Assembly (NCBI GenBank): GCA_964639785.1
Contig: CAZXEE010000001.1
Span: 314,556-378,555, forward strand
Direction: 5' to 3'
Source of the DNA: an uncultured Gammaproteobacteria bacterium
Lineage (GTDB): Bacteria > Patescibacteriota > Patescibacteriia > Patescibacteriales > UBA12465
DNA length: 64,000 nucleotides
Below are positions 47,423 through 56,911 of the stretch, one piece after another (position 1 is the first letter of the stretch; each line of letters begins with the position of its first letter). The notes beneath the pieces are model-generated. The model was not told where the DNA came from, did no database searches, and was given only the letters and a program-made list of their open reading frames with translations. The translations under genes and the position numbers were made by a program.

Positions 47423-49144
47423 ATGCCAAAAAAAGATGAGATAAAAATAAAGATAGACGGCAAGTCTGTCAAAGCTTTGAGCGGCCAGTCTATCATGGCG
47501 GCAGCGGCTGATAATGGAATCATGTTGCCGTCGCTCTGCCATCATCCGGACCTTTCCGTGAAGGCTAATTGCCGGGTTTGCGTGGTGGAAATCAAGGGGT
47601 CGCCTCGTTTGGCGACAGCTTGTTCGACGACCGTCAAGGAAGGGATGGAGATCTTTACCGATTCGCCTCGAGTGCAGAAATCCCGCAATATGAACCTAAA
47701 ATTATTGTTCGCTTCCCATGTAGAGAAGTGCGGCAATTGCACTTTGCGGTATAATTGCGCTCTATTGGATTTGGCTCGGAAATACAAGATTAAAATCACT
47801 AGTTTTCCGGACCGGAAAAGCCAGAGGAAGACTTGCAAGTTCGCTAATGCGGTAGAGATTGACGGTACCCAGTGTATCGATTGCCGCAATTGTATCGATG
47901 CTTGTTCCAATATCCAGAAGATCGATTACTTGGAGCTGAAAGGAAAGGGAATAAAGCAAGAGGTAGTGCCGACCGCTGATCCTGAGAGGGATTGCATCTA
48001 TTGCGGCCAATGTACTTTGCATTGTCCGGTAGCTGCGGCCCAGGAGCAGGATAGCTGGAAGGAAGTCGAAAAATTATTAGCTGACAAGAATAAGGTAGTG
48101 GTGGCTCAATTTGCTCCTTCAGTCCGAGTGACTATCGGAGAAGAATTTGGCTTGCCATATGGCGAGGAAACTACCGGCAAGACCGTGGCCGCTTTGAAGG
48201 CTTTGGGATTTAGTCATGTCTTTGATGTCAATTTCAGCGCTGATGTGACAACCATGGTGGAAGCGGGAGAATTGTTGGAGCGCTTGGGCAACAAGAAAGC
48301 CAAGATGCCGATGATTACCTCTTGCTGTCCGGCTTGGGTAAAATATGTCGAGTTCTATCATCCGGAATTGATCCCTAACCTGACCACTTCTCGTTCGCCT
48401 CAGATCCATTTAGGCGGAATCATCAAGACCTATTGGGCTGAGAAGTTGAAAGTTGATCCGAAGAAGATCGTCGTGGTTTCAGTGATGCCGTGTACGGCCA
48501 AGAAATTCGAATCACGGCGAGCGGAGATGAAGGTCAAAGGCCTTTATCCAGTCGATTATGTATTGACCACCAGGGAGTTCGGTTTCATGCTGAAGAAGAA
48601 CAATATTGATTTCAAGAAGTTAAAGCCGATGGATAGCGACAAGATCTTCAATGAAGGTAGCGGCGCAGCCGTTATCTATGGTTCTTCCGGCGGTGTGATG
48701 GAATCGGCTCTGAGAACGGCTTATGCCTTGGTTTGCAGTGATGATTCGGCCAAGTTCTGTAATTCTCGGATCGATTTCAAGGAAGTCCGCGGCTTGGAGG
48801 AAGTCAAAGAGGCGACTATCGATATCGCCGGCACTAAGTTACGCGTCGCCGTGGTTAACGGTATCGGATCAATCGATCGCATCCTGAGCCATTTATCGGA
48901 TTATGATTACATTGAAGTCATGGCTTGTCCGGGCGGCTGCATTGGCGGCGGCGGACAACCGATCCCGACTACTGACAAGATCCGCAAGGAAAGGGTAGCC
49001 GGACTTTATCGGATCGATAAGTTCAAGTCTATCAGGAAGGCCCATGAGAACCAGGAAGTGTTGGATGTGCTGGATTGGCTCAAGGCTAAGAAGATCGATC
49101 ATCAGGTATTGCATACCAAATATCAGAAACGAACTAAGAAATAA
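47423..49144 (+). CDS. hydA: [FeFe]-hydrogenase catalytic subunit (M3-type: 2Fe-2S, His-ligated 4Fe-4S, two 4Fe-4S, H-cluster domain)
   Basis: H-cluster motifs L1 TSCCPAWV, L2 MPCTAKKFE and L3 MACPGGCIGGGGQP. Ferredoxin motifs CIDCRNCIDAC and CIYCGQCTLHCP. N-terminal CHHPDLSVKANCRVC. Confidence 0.85.
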   Translation: MPKKDEIKIKIDGKSVKALSGQSIMAAAADNGIMLPSLCHHPDLSVKANCRVCVVEIKGSPRLATACSTTVKEGMEIFTDSPRVQKSRNMNLKLLFASHVEKCGNCTLRYNCALLDLARKYKIKITSFPDRKSQRKTCKFANAVEIDGTQCIDCRNCIDACSNIQKIDYLELKGKGIKQEVVPTADPERDCIYCGQCTLHCPVAAAQEQDSWKEVEKLLADKNKVVVAQFAPSVRVTIGEEFGLPYGEETTGKTVAALKALGFSHVFDVNFSADVTTMVEAGELLERLGNKKAKMPMITSCCPAWVKYVEFYHPELIPNLTTSRSPQIHLGGIIKTYWAEKLKVDPKKIVVVSVMPCTAKKFESRRAEMKVKGLYPVDYVLTTREFGFMLKKNNIDFKKLKPMDSDKIFNEGSGAAVIYGSSGGVMESALRTAYALVCSDDSAKFCNSRIDFKEVRGLEEVKEATIDIAGTKLRVAVVNGIGSIDRILSHLSDYDYIEVMACPGGCIGGGGQPIPTTDKIRKERVAGLYRIDKFKSIRKAHENQEVLDVLDWLKAKKIDHQVLHTKYQKRTKK

Positions 49145-49148
49145 TCAC

Positions 49149-49679
49149 ATGGACTATTTGAAGGAGGCAACTTTGGAAAGGGTTAATTCTCGGGAATTGG
49201 TGATAGCTATTATCCTGGGAGCTTTGGCTTCGTTCTTGCCTTTCTTTATCCATATCCAGTGGCTGGTCGGACCGATAGTCAATGCTATATTGATCATCGT
49301 CCTGTTCTTGAGCGGTCTGCGTTTGGCTATCGTCGTCTCGGCTGTTCCTAGCCTGATGGCTCTGGCTGGCGGATTATTGCCGATATTTTTGTCTCCGGCT
49401 GTTCCGTTCATTATCGTTTCCAATATTATTTTTGTTTCTATAGTCTATTATCAGTATTATAATTCCAACAAGCGGGATGCCTATTGGCGAGCTTCGTTTT
49501 TAGGAGCTTTTGCTAAATTCGTCCTCTTGTTCATAAGCGCCCGATTCTTGGCGGTCTTCATTTCTCATCCCCAAGCCGCAATCGTTTTGGGTACGATGTT
49601 CGGTTGGTCTCAATTGTTTTCTGCTTTAGCCGGCGCCATTATCGCTTTTGCGGTTTTGAAGTGGCTGAAGAGGATATAA
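49149..49679 (+). CDS. Hypothetical 5-6 TM membrane protein (ECF S-component-like)
   Basis: Start at the ATG at 49149, 5 nt after the hydA stop. Hydrophobic throughout. Confidence 0.4.
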   Translation: MDYLKEATLERVNSRELVIAIILGALASFLPFFIHIQWLVGPIVNAILIIVLFLSGLRLAIVVSAVPSLMALAGGLLPIFLSPAVPFIIVSNIIFVSIVYYQYYNSNKRDAYWRASFLGAFAKFVLLFISARFLAVFISHPQAAIVLGTMFGWSQLFSALAGAIIAFAVLKWLKRI

Positions 49680-49696
49680 TAAACTAAGAAAAATAT

Positions 49697-49963
49697 ATGG
49701 GAAAAAGAGTCTTGGGAACTATCAGCATCTTGACTAGCAATCGCCAGAAAAGCTCGGCTGAGATGAATCAGCTCCTGACCGCCTATGGCCATTACATCAT
49801 CGCTCGCTTGGGCGCTAATGTTAATCGCCAATGCTTTAATGCTTGTCCGGGCCTGATTGTCTTGGCAGTCGACGCTGATCGGGAAGTATTGGAAGAGCTG
49901 ACAGCCAAATTGAATGTCGTTTCAGAAATCAAGGCCGAACTCTGCGTTTTACAAGAAGAATAA
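49697..49963 (+). CDS. TM1266-like small protein (putative iron-only hydrogenase system regulator family)
   Basis: 88 aa. Pattern ...SAEMNQLLTAYGHYIIARLGANV...LIVLAVDADREVLEELTAKL resembles the TM1266/TIGR03959 family. Confidence 0.55.
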   Translation: MGKRVLGTISILTSNRQKSSAEMNQLLTAYGHYIIARLGANVNRQCFNACPGLIVLAVDADREVLEELTAKLNVVSEIKAELCVLQEE

Positions 49964-49983
49964 TCTGTTTGATTTCAAATATA

Positions 49984-50023
49984 AAGCCCCATGGGATATT
50001 TTAGTTTCATGGGGTTTTGATTT
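49984..50023 (+). terminator. Rho-independent terminator
   Basis: aaagccccatgggatattttagtttcatggggttttgattt. Confidence 0.75.
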
Positions 50024-50079
50024 GCCTGGGAGCTTTAAATATATTATACTGAAATCAGTTAAAAAATAAGGAAATATAA

Positions 50080-51564
50080 ATGAAAATACCGGAATTTGTC
50101 ATCGAAATCATAGAAAAATTACAAGCTGGCGGCAAGAGCGCTTATTTAGTAGGCGGTTCCGTCAGGGATTTGTTATTGGAAAAAGAACCGAAAGATTGGG
50201 ATATCACTACCGATGCCCGGCCGGAAGAAATGCTGCAGCTTTTGCCTGGATCTAAATATGAAAATACCTTCGGTACAGTTTTGGTACCGATCAGGAATGA
50301 GGCCAATGATGTGGTAGAAGTGACTACTTATCGCTCCGAACAGGGCTATTCCGACCGGCGGCATCCGGATCAGATATTGTTTGAGGACAAGCTGGACAAA
50401 GATTTAGAACGGCGCGACTTTACCGTCAATGCCATGGCTTTGACTGAGGTCGGCATGGCGACTGGGATCGATCAGAAATATATCATCCGGATCAATGTCG
50501 GCGGGAAGGAGTATGAAATCGTTGATTTGTTTGGCGGGATTTCCGATCTGAAGAAAAAGATTATCCGGGCGGTAGGGGAACCATCGGAAAGATTCAAGGA
50601 AGATGCTTTGAGGATGTTGCGGACTATCCGTTTCTCTTGTCAGTTAGGATTTGAGATCGAGCCTAAGACCGAACGGGCCATTGCCAAATTAGCCGGAAGC
50701 ATCAAATTCGTTTCTGGGGAGAGGATCAGGGATGAATTGGTTAAGATTTTGTCTTCCGATCTGCCGTCAGAGGGGATCAGGCGCTTGTATGAGAATAAGC
50801 TATTGCAATATATTTTGCCGGAATTGGAAGCCGGGGTCAATCTCAAACAGCATTATCATCATATCTACAATGTCTTCGAACATAATATCTTGTCTTTGAA
50901 ATATTGTCCGAATAAATCCTGGCAGGTCAGACTGGCCGCCCTATTACATGATGTCGGCAAGCCGAAATCAGCCCGGACAGTCGATGGCCATGTCGCTTTC
51001 TATAATCATGAATATATCGGTGCCAAGATGACTGAGAGGATATTGAAGCGCTTGAAGTTTTCTAATGAGGATTCTTTCCGGATAGTCAATCTGGTCCGTA
51101 ACCATATGTTCTATTACAACGTCGGGGAAGTTTCGGCCGCTTCAGTCCGGAGATTGATAGCCAAGACCGGCAAGGAGAACCTGAGCGATTTGATCGATCT
51201 GCGTATCGCCGATCGAATCGGATCCGGCCTCAAGAGCGAGATGCCATACAAGCTGCGCCATTTGCAGTATATGATGGAAAAAGTCCAGAATGATCCCTTG
51301 TCAGTCAAGATGTTGAAGATTAATGGCAGTGACCTGATGGGAATATTGAAAATAGCCCCCGGCCCCAAGATTGGAGCTATACTAGATGTCTTGTTGTCCG
51401 AGGTATTGGAAGATCCGACTTTGAATAATCAGGAGTATCTGAGCGACCGCAGTTTGGAATTAGACAAGCTTAACTTGGAAGAATTGCGCGCCAAAGCCAA
51501 GGAAGTGATAAATGAGAAGAGACGGGAAGAAGACTTGGAAATGAAACGTGATTTTAAGGTTTAA
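50080..51564 (+). CDS. cca: CCA-adding tRNA nucleotidyltransferase with a C-terminal HD domain
   Basis: LVGGSVRDLLLEKEPKDWDITTDARPEEM (polymerase-beta NTase head) and the HD motif LLHDVGK. Confidence 0.85.
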   Translation: MKIPEFVIEIIEKLQAGGKSAYLVGGSVRDLLLEKEPKDWDITTDARPEEMLQLLPGSKYENTFGTVLVPIRNEANDVVEVTTYRSEQGYSDRRHPDQILFEDKLDKDLERRDFTVNAMALTEVGMATGIDQKYIIRINVGGKEYEIVDLFGGISDLKKKIIRAVGEPSERFKEDALRMLRTIRFSCQLGFEIEPKTERAIAKLAGSIKFVSGERIRDELVKILSSDLPSEGIRRLYENKLLQYILPELEAGVNLKQHYHHIYNVFEHNILSLKYCPNKSWQVRLAALLHDVGKPKSARTVDGHVAFYNHEYIGAKMTERILKRLKFSNEDSFRIVNLVRNHMFYYNVGEVSAASVRRLIAKTGKENLSDLIDLRIADRIGSGLKSEMPYKLRHLQYMMEKVQNDPLSVKMLKINGSDLMGILKIAPGPKIGAILDVLLSEVLEDPTLNNQEYLSDRSLELDKLNLEELRAKAKEVINEKRREEDLEMKRDFKV

Positions 51565-51567
51565 TAT

Positions 51568-52092
51568 ATGAAAATTATCAAAGATTTTCCTGAATTTCGC
51601 CAGACATATGAATATGATTGCGGCGCTAGCGCCTTGCAGTCAGTCTTAGCTTATTACGATTTCGATATCCGCGAAAGCCAAGTCATGAAATTAGCTAAAA
51701 CTACCAAGAAGGAAGGGACTGCCCCTGACAATATCCTGAGGGCGGCCATGAAGCTGGGATTGGAAGCTAAATCGATCACTCCTTTGAGTTTGGATGAATT
51801 GTTTGCTTTCTTGGATAAAGGCCAGCCGGTAATCATCGCTCTCCAGGCCTGGTCGAAGAAGCCTAAAGATTATTCGGCTTCTTGGAATGACGGCCATTAT
51901 GTGGTAGCTATCGGCTATGACAGCCGGCGCGTCTATTTTGAAGATCCGGCAGCGATTAACCGGACCTATCTGAGCCATCGGGAATTGATTAATCGTTGGC
52001 ATGACTGTGATTCCAAGCGGCGGTACTGTAATCTGGGAATCGTGATATCGGGAAAGAGAAGAGCCAAGCCCAAGACAGAGCACATGGATTAG
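51568..52092 (+). CDS. Stand-alone papain-like C39-type peptidase domain protein (Peptidase_C39_2-like)
   Basis: Catalytic Cys in YEYDCGASALQSV and His in DGHYVVAIGYD. Length 174 aa. No fused ABC-transporter domain. Confidence 0.6.
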   Translation: MKIIKDFPEFRQTYEYDCGASALQSVLAYYDFDIRESQVMKLAKTTKKEGTAPDNILRAAMKLGLEAKSITPLSLDELFAFLDKGQPVIIALQAWSKKPKDYSASWNDGHYVVAIGYDSRRVYFEDPAAINRTYLSHRELINRWHDCDSKRRYCNLGIVISGKRRAKPKTEHMD

Positions 52093-52102
52093 TGTAAAAA
52101 AA

Positions 52103-52143
52103 TAATAAGCCGAACTTGATGTTCGGCTTATTTTGTTTTTTTG
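52103..52143. terminator. Bidirectional terminator
   Basis: aataagccgaacttgatgttcggcttattttgttttttt. Confidence 0.8.
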
Positions 52144-52150
52144 CAATCAC

Positions 52151-52870
52151 TTATTGCTTGATGTAAGTTAAAGGATACTGCATCGGCTTGAATTCCAAAG
52201 ATTCTTCAGAGATGAAATAATTCATTTTTAGCTCTCCTTCAGAATCGAACTCAAAGCTTCTAATGATCGTAGTCCGGCCGTTTTGCCGAAGCTGGTGCTT
52301 GTATTTTTCGAATTCGATCTTTTGAGGTAGTTGAGTGATAAGACCGAAGCGGAACATTTTCTTTCCCCAGAGATCAATGATAACTAATTTGATTTCCGCT
52401 TCTTGATCTTTAACCCGGCCTTCTCCGAAGTAATCGGTGAACAACTCTAGGGTCTTAGCCCTTACCAGCCTAAAAGCTATCATATGCAACCTTATTCTTA
52501 TTGATCTGACAGCCATTATCGCGGTGACTATCAACGCGATAGTAGATATCCAGGCTCTTGTCGAAAAGGCATCCCAAAAGATAGCTACGGAGATGATGAT
52601 TGACAAGGTTAACAATGTCCAGGCGGCTGTTAGAATTTTGAAGACCACTCGGTTGTTTAATAGGATAGCGATAAACAAGACTAAGAACAGGGAAACTAAT
52701 CCGATGCTGGTTTTGATGGTAAAGGCATTCTGTTCGTTGATGTCGCTGATAATCATGATAAATAATAGCCATGATATTCCTAAGAAGAATTTTAACTCAT
52801 TGGAGAAAGAGTGGTCTTTGACCGCTTCTTGCTCTAAGATTTTTTTAAAAGAACTTTTTTTCATATCCAA
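52151..52870 (-). CDS. Hypothetical membrane protein (3-4 N-terminal TM segments plus a soluble C-domain)
   Basis: ORF with hydrophobic segments. No motif. Confidence 0.4.
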   Translation of the reverse strand: MDMKKSSFKKILEQEAVKDHSFSNELKFFLGISWLLFIMIISDINEQNAFTIKTSIGLVSLFLVLFIAILLNNRVVFKILTAAWTLLTLSIIISVAIFWDAFSTRAWISTIALIVTAIMAVRSIRIRLHMIAFRLVRAKTLELFTDYFGEGRVKDQEAEIKLVIIDLWGKKMFRFGLITQLPQKIEFEKYKHQLRQNGRTTIIRSFEFDSEGELKMNYFISEESLEFKPMQYPLTYIKQ

Positions 52871-53086
52871 TCGTTTTTGGGTTGATACTAGTACAAGATT
52901 GCTTTATTTATACAATGTTTCGATGATTAAGTCAATGATTGGGTCGGCTTGATGATTTGACTTAAAAGTATTATAATTTAAGGGTTAATATAATATAAAA
53001 ATATGAAAAAGATAATTATTATCGTGTCATTTGCTTTGTCGGCCTTGTTTTTAGGTTTGGCCCTCTTGAGTTAGTGACTTAAAGAT

Positions 53087-53767
53087 ATGAATAAAATTAC
53101 TACTATTTTATCTATTTTATTATTAAGCTTGGCGCTTTCCGGCTGCGGCCGTCAGGAAGCTCCAGCCGTAAACAATATGGAAGGAAACAACCAATCAACT
53201 AGCAGTTCTACTGCACATTTGAATACCGATGATATTTCGGCTACCAGTTCTGACAAGGCTTTGCCGGGTCAGAAGGACTTATATTCTAAGTATAAGGAAG
53301 CAACCATTAAGACTAATTATGGCGATATCACTGTCGAGTTCTATGGCGAGGATTCTCCGATAACGGTTAACAATTTCATGAACTTGGCGGCTGAAGGCTA
53401 CTACAATAATATTAAGTTCCATAGAGTCATCAAGGACTTCATGATCCAGGCCGGCGATCCTAATACCAAGGGTAGCGACAAGCTGACTTATGGTACTGGC
53501 GGTCCGGGCTATGCTTTTGCTGATGAGTTCAACAACCATAAGTTAGTCCGAGGCAGCTTGGCTATGGCTAATGCCGGAGCGGATACTAACGGTTCCCAGT
53601 TCTTTATAGTCACAGCCGAATCAACTCCTTGGCTGGATGGCAAGCATACTAATTTTGGCCGGGTGATTTCTGGTATGAAGGTCGTAGATAAGATTGAAGA
53701 TTTGTCGACTGACGAAAGAAGCCTGCCTTTGAAGGATGCGATTATCAAGAGCATCGAATTAAAATAG
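53087..53767 (+). CDS. ppiB: Peptidyl-prolyl cis-trans isomerase, cyclophilin type, lipoprotein
   Basis: Lipobox LSLALSGCG and cyclophilin motifs FHRVIKDFMIQAGDP...GSLAMANAG. Confidence 0.85.
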   Translation: MNKITTILSILLLSLALSGCGRQEAPAVNNMEGNNQSTSSSTAHLNTDDISATSSDKALPGQKDLYSKYKEATIKTNYGDITVEFYGEDSPITVNNFMNLAAEGYYNNIKFHRVIKDFMIQAGDPNTKGSDKLTYGTGGPGYAFADEFNNHKLVRGSLAMANAGADTNGSQFFIVTAESTPWLDGKHTNFGRVISGMKVVDKIEDLSTDERSLPLKDAIIKSIELK

Positions 53768-53768
53768 T

Positions 53769-54920
53769 ATGAAGGTCTATTTGGATAATGCCGCTACCAC
53801 CAAGATCGATCCGCGCGTCCTTGCTAAGATGAAGCCGTATTATGCCAAGCACTATGGCAATGCTTCATCGATCCATGCCCTGGGGCAGGAGAATGATCTC
53901 TTGATCAAATCATGCAAGGAAAAGATTGCCAAAGTCTTCCATGGTGCAGCTGACAATATTATCTTTACTTCTTCAGCTACCGAGGCCAACAACTTTATCA
54001 TCAAAGGAGTGATGCGGGCTAACAATGCCAAGGGCAAGCACTTGATCGTTTCAGCTATAGAGCATCCTTGCGTCTTGAATTCAGCTCGGGAGTTGGCTGA
54101 AGAAGGCTATTCAGTCGATTACCTGCCAGTAGATTCTGATGGCTTGGTTAAGATGGATGAGCTGGAGAAAATGATCAGGCCGGAAACTGTCTTGGTGTCA
54201 GTCATGGCGGTCAACAATGAAATCGGAGTCATCCAGGATCTGGCTAAGATCTCTGAGCTGGTCCACCTTAAGGGGGCCCGTCTCCATGTCGATGCTGTCC
54301 AATCAGTGCCATACCTCAACCTAGATATCAAGAAATTGAAAATAGATTTCATGAGCCTGTCAGCCCATAAGTTCTATGGACCATTGGGAGTCGGTTTGGC
54401 TTTTATTAATCCGGAAGTGAAGATCAATCCTCTGATTGTCGGCGGCGGACAGGAAAACGGCTTGAGAGCTGGAACCTACAATGTGCCGGGAATTGTCGGC
54501 ATGACTGAGGCTTTACTGCTGAGTTATAAAGAGCGAACGGCTTATATCAAGAGAGTCAAAGCTTTGCGGGATTATTTCTGGAATCGGATCAAGAAGGAAA
54601 TTCCAGACGCCTATATCAACGGTTCGATCAAGCACCGAACTCCTAATAACCTGAATGTCCGTTTTCGGCGGATCGAGGGAGAGGCTATCCTGATGGATCT
54701 GTCCTTCAAGGGAATTTATGTCTCGACCGGTTCAGCTTGTTCGGCTCAGAATCTGAAAGTTTCTTCCACCCTGAAAGCTATCGGCTTGGATCCGAATGAT
54801 ATGAATAGCAATATCCGTTTTTCTCTGGGACGCTATAATGCCAAGCCGGAGATCGATTATACTATGAAGTGCTTGAAGGAAACGGTAAAACGTCTCCGGA
54901 TGTTTACCCCTATCGTTTAA
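53769..54920 (+). CDS. iscS: Cysteine desulfurase (NifS/IscS family)
   Basis: MKVYLDNAATTKIDPRV and the PLP-lysine region SLSAHKFYGP. Confidence 0.85.
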   Translation: MKVYLDNAATTKIDPRVLAKMKPYYAKHYGNASSIHALGQENDLLIKSCKEKIAKVFHGAADNIIFTSSATEANNFIIKGVMRANNAKGKHLIVSAIEHPCVLNSARELAEEGYSVDYLPVDSDGLVKMDELEKMIRPETVLVSVMAVNNEIGVIQDLAKISELVHLKGARLHVDAVQSVPYLNLDIKKLKIDFMSLSAHKFYGPLGVGLAFINPEVKINPLIVGGGQENGLRAGTYNVPGIVGMTEALLLSYKERTAYIKRVKALRDYFWNRIKKEIPDAYINGSIKHRTPNNLNVRFRRIEGEAILMDLSFKGIYVSTGSACSAQNLKVSSTLKAIGLDPNDMNSNIRFSLGRYNAKPEIDYTMKCLKETVKRLRMFTPIV

Positions 54921-54938
54921 TAAATTAATCAATAATAT

Positions 54939-55418
54939 ATGTCATTGAATTATACTAAGAAAACTATCAGCCATTTTTTGCATCCGCAGAATCTTGGAGA
55001 TATCAAGGATGCTGATGCTCGGGCTAGCGTCGGTAATATGGTTTGCGGCGACCAGTTAGCTTTTTCCATCAAGGTTAAGGATGGGATCATCAAGGATATC
55101 AAATTCTTATCTTTCGGTTGCGCTTCCAATATCGCCACCGCTTCAGTTTTGACCGAGAAGGTCAAAGGAACTCCGATTGCCAAGGCGAAGAGTTTGGATT
55201 GGGAGAAGATCGTCAAAGAGCTGGGCGGATTGCCTAATCAGAAGATCCATTGTTCTATCCTGGCGGTTGAAGGCTTAAGGAAGGTTATCGCTGAATATGA
55301 GTCAGCTCATCCTGAAACTTCGATCAAGGTCCGGAAAGTGGTTAAGAAAGCTGCTCCGAAGACAGTTAAGAAAGTTGCTACCAAGACAGTTAAGAAGATA
55401 GTTAAAAAAACTAAATAA
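54939..55418 (+). CDS. iscU: Fe-S cluster assembly scaffold (NifU/IscU N-domain) with a Lys-rich C-terminal tail
   Basis: Cys motifs VGNMVCGD, FLSFGCASNIA and IHCS. The tail is KVRKVVKKAAPKTVKKVATKTVKKIVKKTK. Confidence 0.8.
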   Translation: MSLNYTKKTISHFLHPQNLGDIKDADARASVGNMVCGDQLAFSIKVKDGIIKDIKFLSFGCASNIATASVLTEKVKGTPIAKAKSLDWEKIVKELGGLPNQKIHCSILAVEGLRKVIAEYESAHPETSIKVRKVVKKAAPKTVKKVATKTVKKIVKKTK

Positions 55419-55424
55419 TCATTT

Positions 55425-56012
55425 ATGTTTAATTTACCATCTTTGCCTTTCGCTCCTAATGCTCTGGAGCCCCATATCTCGGCTCGGACTTTAGAGTTCC
55501 ATCATGGCAAGCATCACCAGGCTTATATCGATAACTTGAACAAGTTGATAGCTGGAACCGATCTGGAGGCTAAGAGTCTGGAGGAGATTATCGTTTTGAC
55601 TTCTGGTCAAGCGGAAAAAGCGGCTATTTTTAATAATGCGGCTCAGGCTTATAACCATGATTTCTATTGGCAGAGCCTTCATCCGGATAATGTTAAGCCA
55701 TCGGCTGAAATGAGCGATTTGCTCGTTTCTAGCTTCGGTAGTTTTGAGTCTTTTGCTGAACAATTCTTGGCGGCTGCCTTGGGACAATTCGGTAGCGGCT
55801 GGGCTTGGTTGGTTCTGGAAGAAGGGAAGCTGAAGATAGCCAAGACGGCTAATGCTGACACTCCAGTTGCTCATGGCCAGAAACCGCTATTAGTGATCGA
55901 TGTCTGGGAGCATGCTTATTATCTCGATTACCAGAATCGTCGCGGCGATTATGTCAAAGCTATCATCGATAATCTTTTGAACTGGAATTTCGCTGAAGCT
56001 AACCGGAAATAA
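55425..56012 (+). CDS. sodA: Superoxide dismutase (Fe/Mn)
   Basis: LPFAPNALEPHISARTLEFHHGKHHQAY and the C-terminal DVWEHAYY. Confidence 0.9.
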   Translation: MFNLPSLPFAPNALEPHISARTLEFHHGKHHQAYIDNLNKLIAGTDLEAKSLEEIIVLTSGQAEKAAIFNNAAQAYNHDFYWQSLHPDNVKPSAEMSDLLVSSFGSFESFAEQFLAAALGQFGSGWAWLVLEEGKLKIAKTANADTPVAHGQKPLLVIDVWEHAYYLDYQNRRGDYVKAIIDNLLNWNFAEANRK

Positions 56013-56021
56013 TAAATACGT

Positions 56022-56705
56022 ATGACTAAAAGTAAATATCAAAGTCCATATTCGAAAATCAAGCCGAAGATCCGCCGGCCTTATACCATCATCTACCTAG
56101 TCCGCCATTGTAATCCTGATTATGGCAGCGAGCATCTGGTGGGCGATTTCAATATGCCTCTTTCTGAAATCGGTTTGAAGCAACGGGAATATCTGACCAC
56201 CCGCCTTTTGGAGATGCAGATCGACAAGGTGTATAGCAGTGAACTGTTGCGAGCCCAGGAAACGGTCCGACCTTTTGCGCGCCAGACTGGCAAGAAGGTA
56301 ATTATTGATAACCGTTTGAATGAAATCGACTGGCGGGATTGGTATCGGGTCAAATATTTCAACATGAGCGAAACGACCCGAGCAAAGCGCTTCAAGCAAT
56401 ATGAGAAGTTGGATAAAGAGTTGGATAAGATGCAGACTATCGGACGCCGCTTGATCGCCGATATCTACAAACACAACAAAGGGAAGTCGGTCGCTCTGTT
56501 CTGCCATGGCAACATTATCAAATCCATGATCACTAGCATTCTGGATGCCGATGTCATCGGTTTCTTGTCTATGGAAATCTTCCAGTCGTCGATCAGCAAG
56601 TTAGTGATCGATCGCGATGGTTATATCAAGATCAATTACATCAATAATATCGGCCATCTGCCGCACGAACCGAACGAAGATCTATTCATTACTTTGGTAG
56701 AGTAA
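56022..56705 (+). CDS. Histidine phosphatase superfamily protein (phosphoglycerate-mutase-like)
   Basis: IIYLVRHCNPDY (an RHG-type motif, with Cys in place of Gly) and a later H in ALFCHGN. Confidence 0.65.
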   Translation: MTKSKYQSPYSKIKPKIRRPYTIIYLVRHCNPDYGSEHLVGDFNMPLSEIGLKQREYLTTRLLEMQIDKVYSSELLRAQETVRPFARQTGKKVIIDNRLNEIDWRDWYRVKYFNMSETTRAKRFKQYEKLDKELDKMQTIGRRLIADIYKHNKGKSVALFCHGNIIKSMITSILDADVIGFLSMEIFQSSISKLVIDRDGYIKINYINNIGHLPHEPNEDLFITLVE

Positions 56706-56823
56706 TCCAGCTTGTTGATAAGTTGTGGGTAGCTTAATTGAGAAAATTAAATAAACTGTGAATAAATAGGGAAAAATGCAAATTTATCCCTATTTTTTGT
56801 TATTTTTAGCCGAAAACTAGATG

Positions 56824-56852
56824 TTGACGCTAGGCCTCTGGTGGTGTATAAT
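56824..56852 (+). promoter_or_regulatory. Promoter TTGACG-17-TATAAT for the mraZ (dcw) operon
   Basis: Near-consensus hexamers 60 nt upstream of mraZ. Confidence 0.55.
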
Positions 56853-56911
56853 TATAGTATTAAGGTGAATTGTGGGGACGAGTGGTGAATCACCAATAAT
56901 GCTATCCAAAT

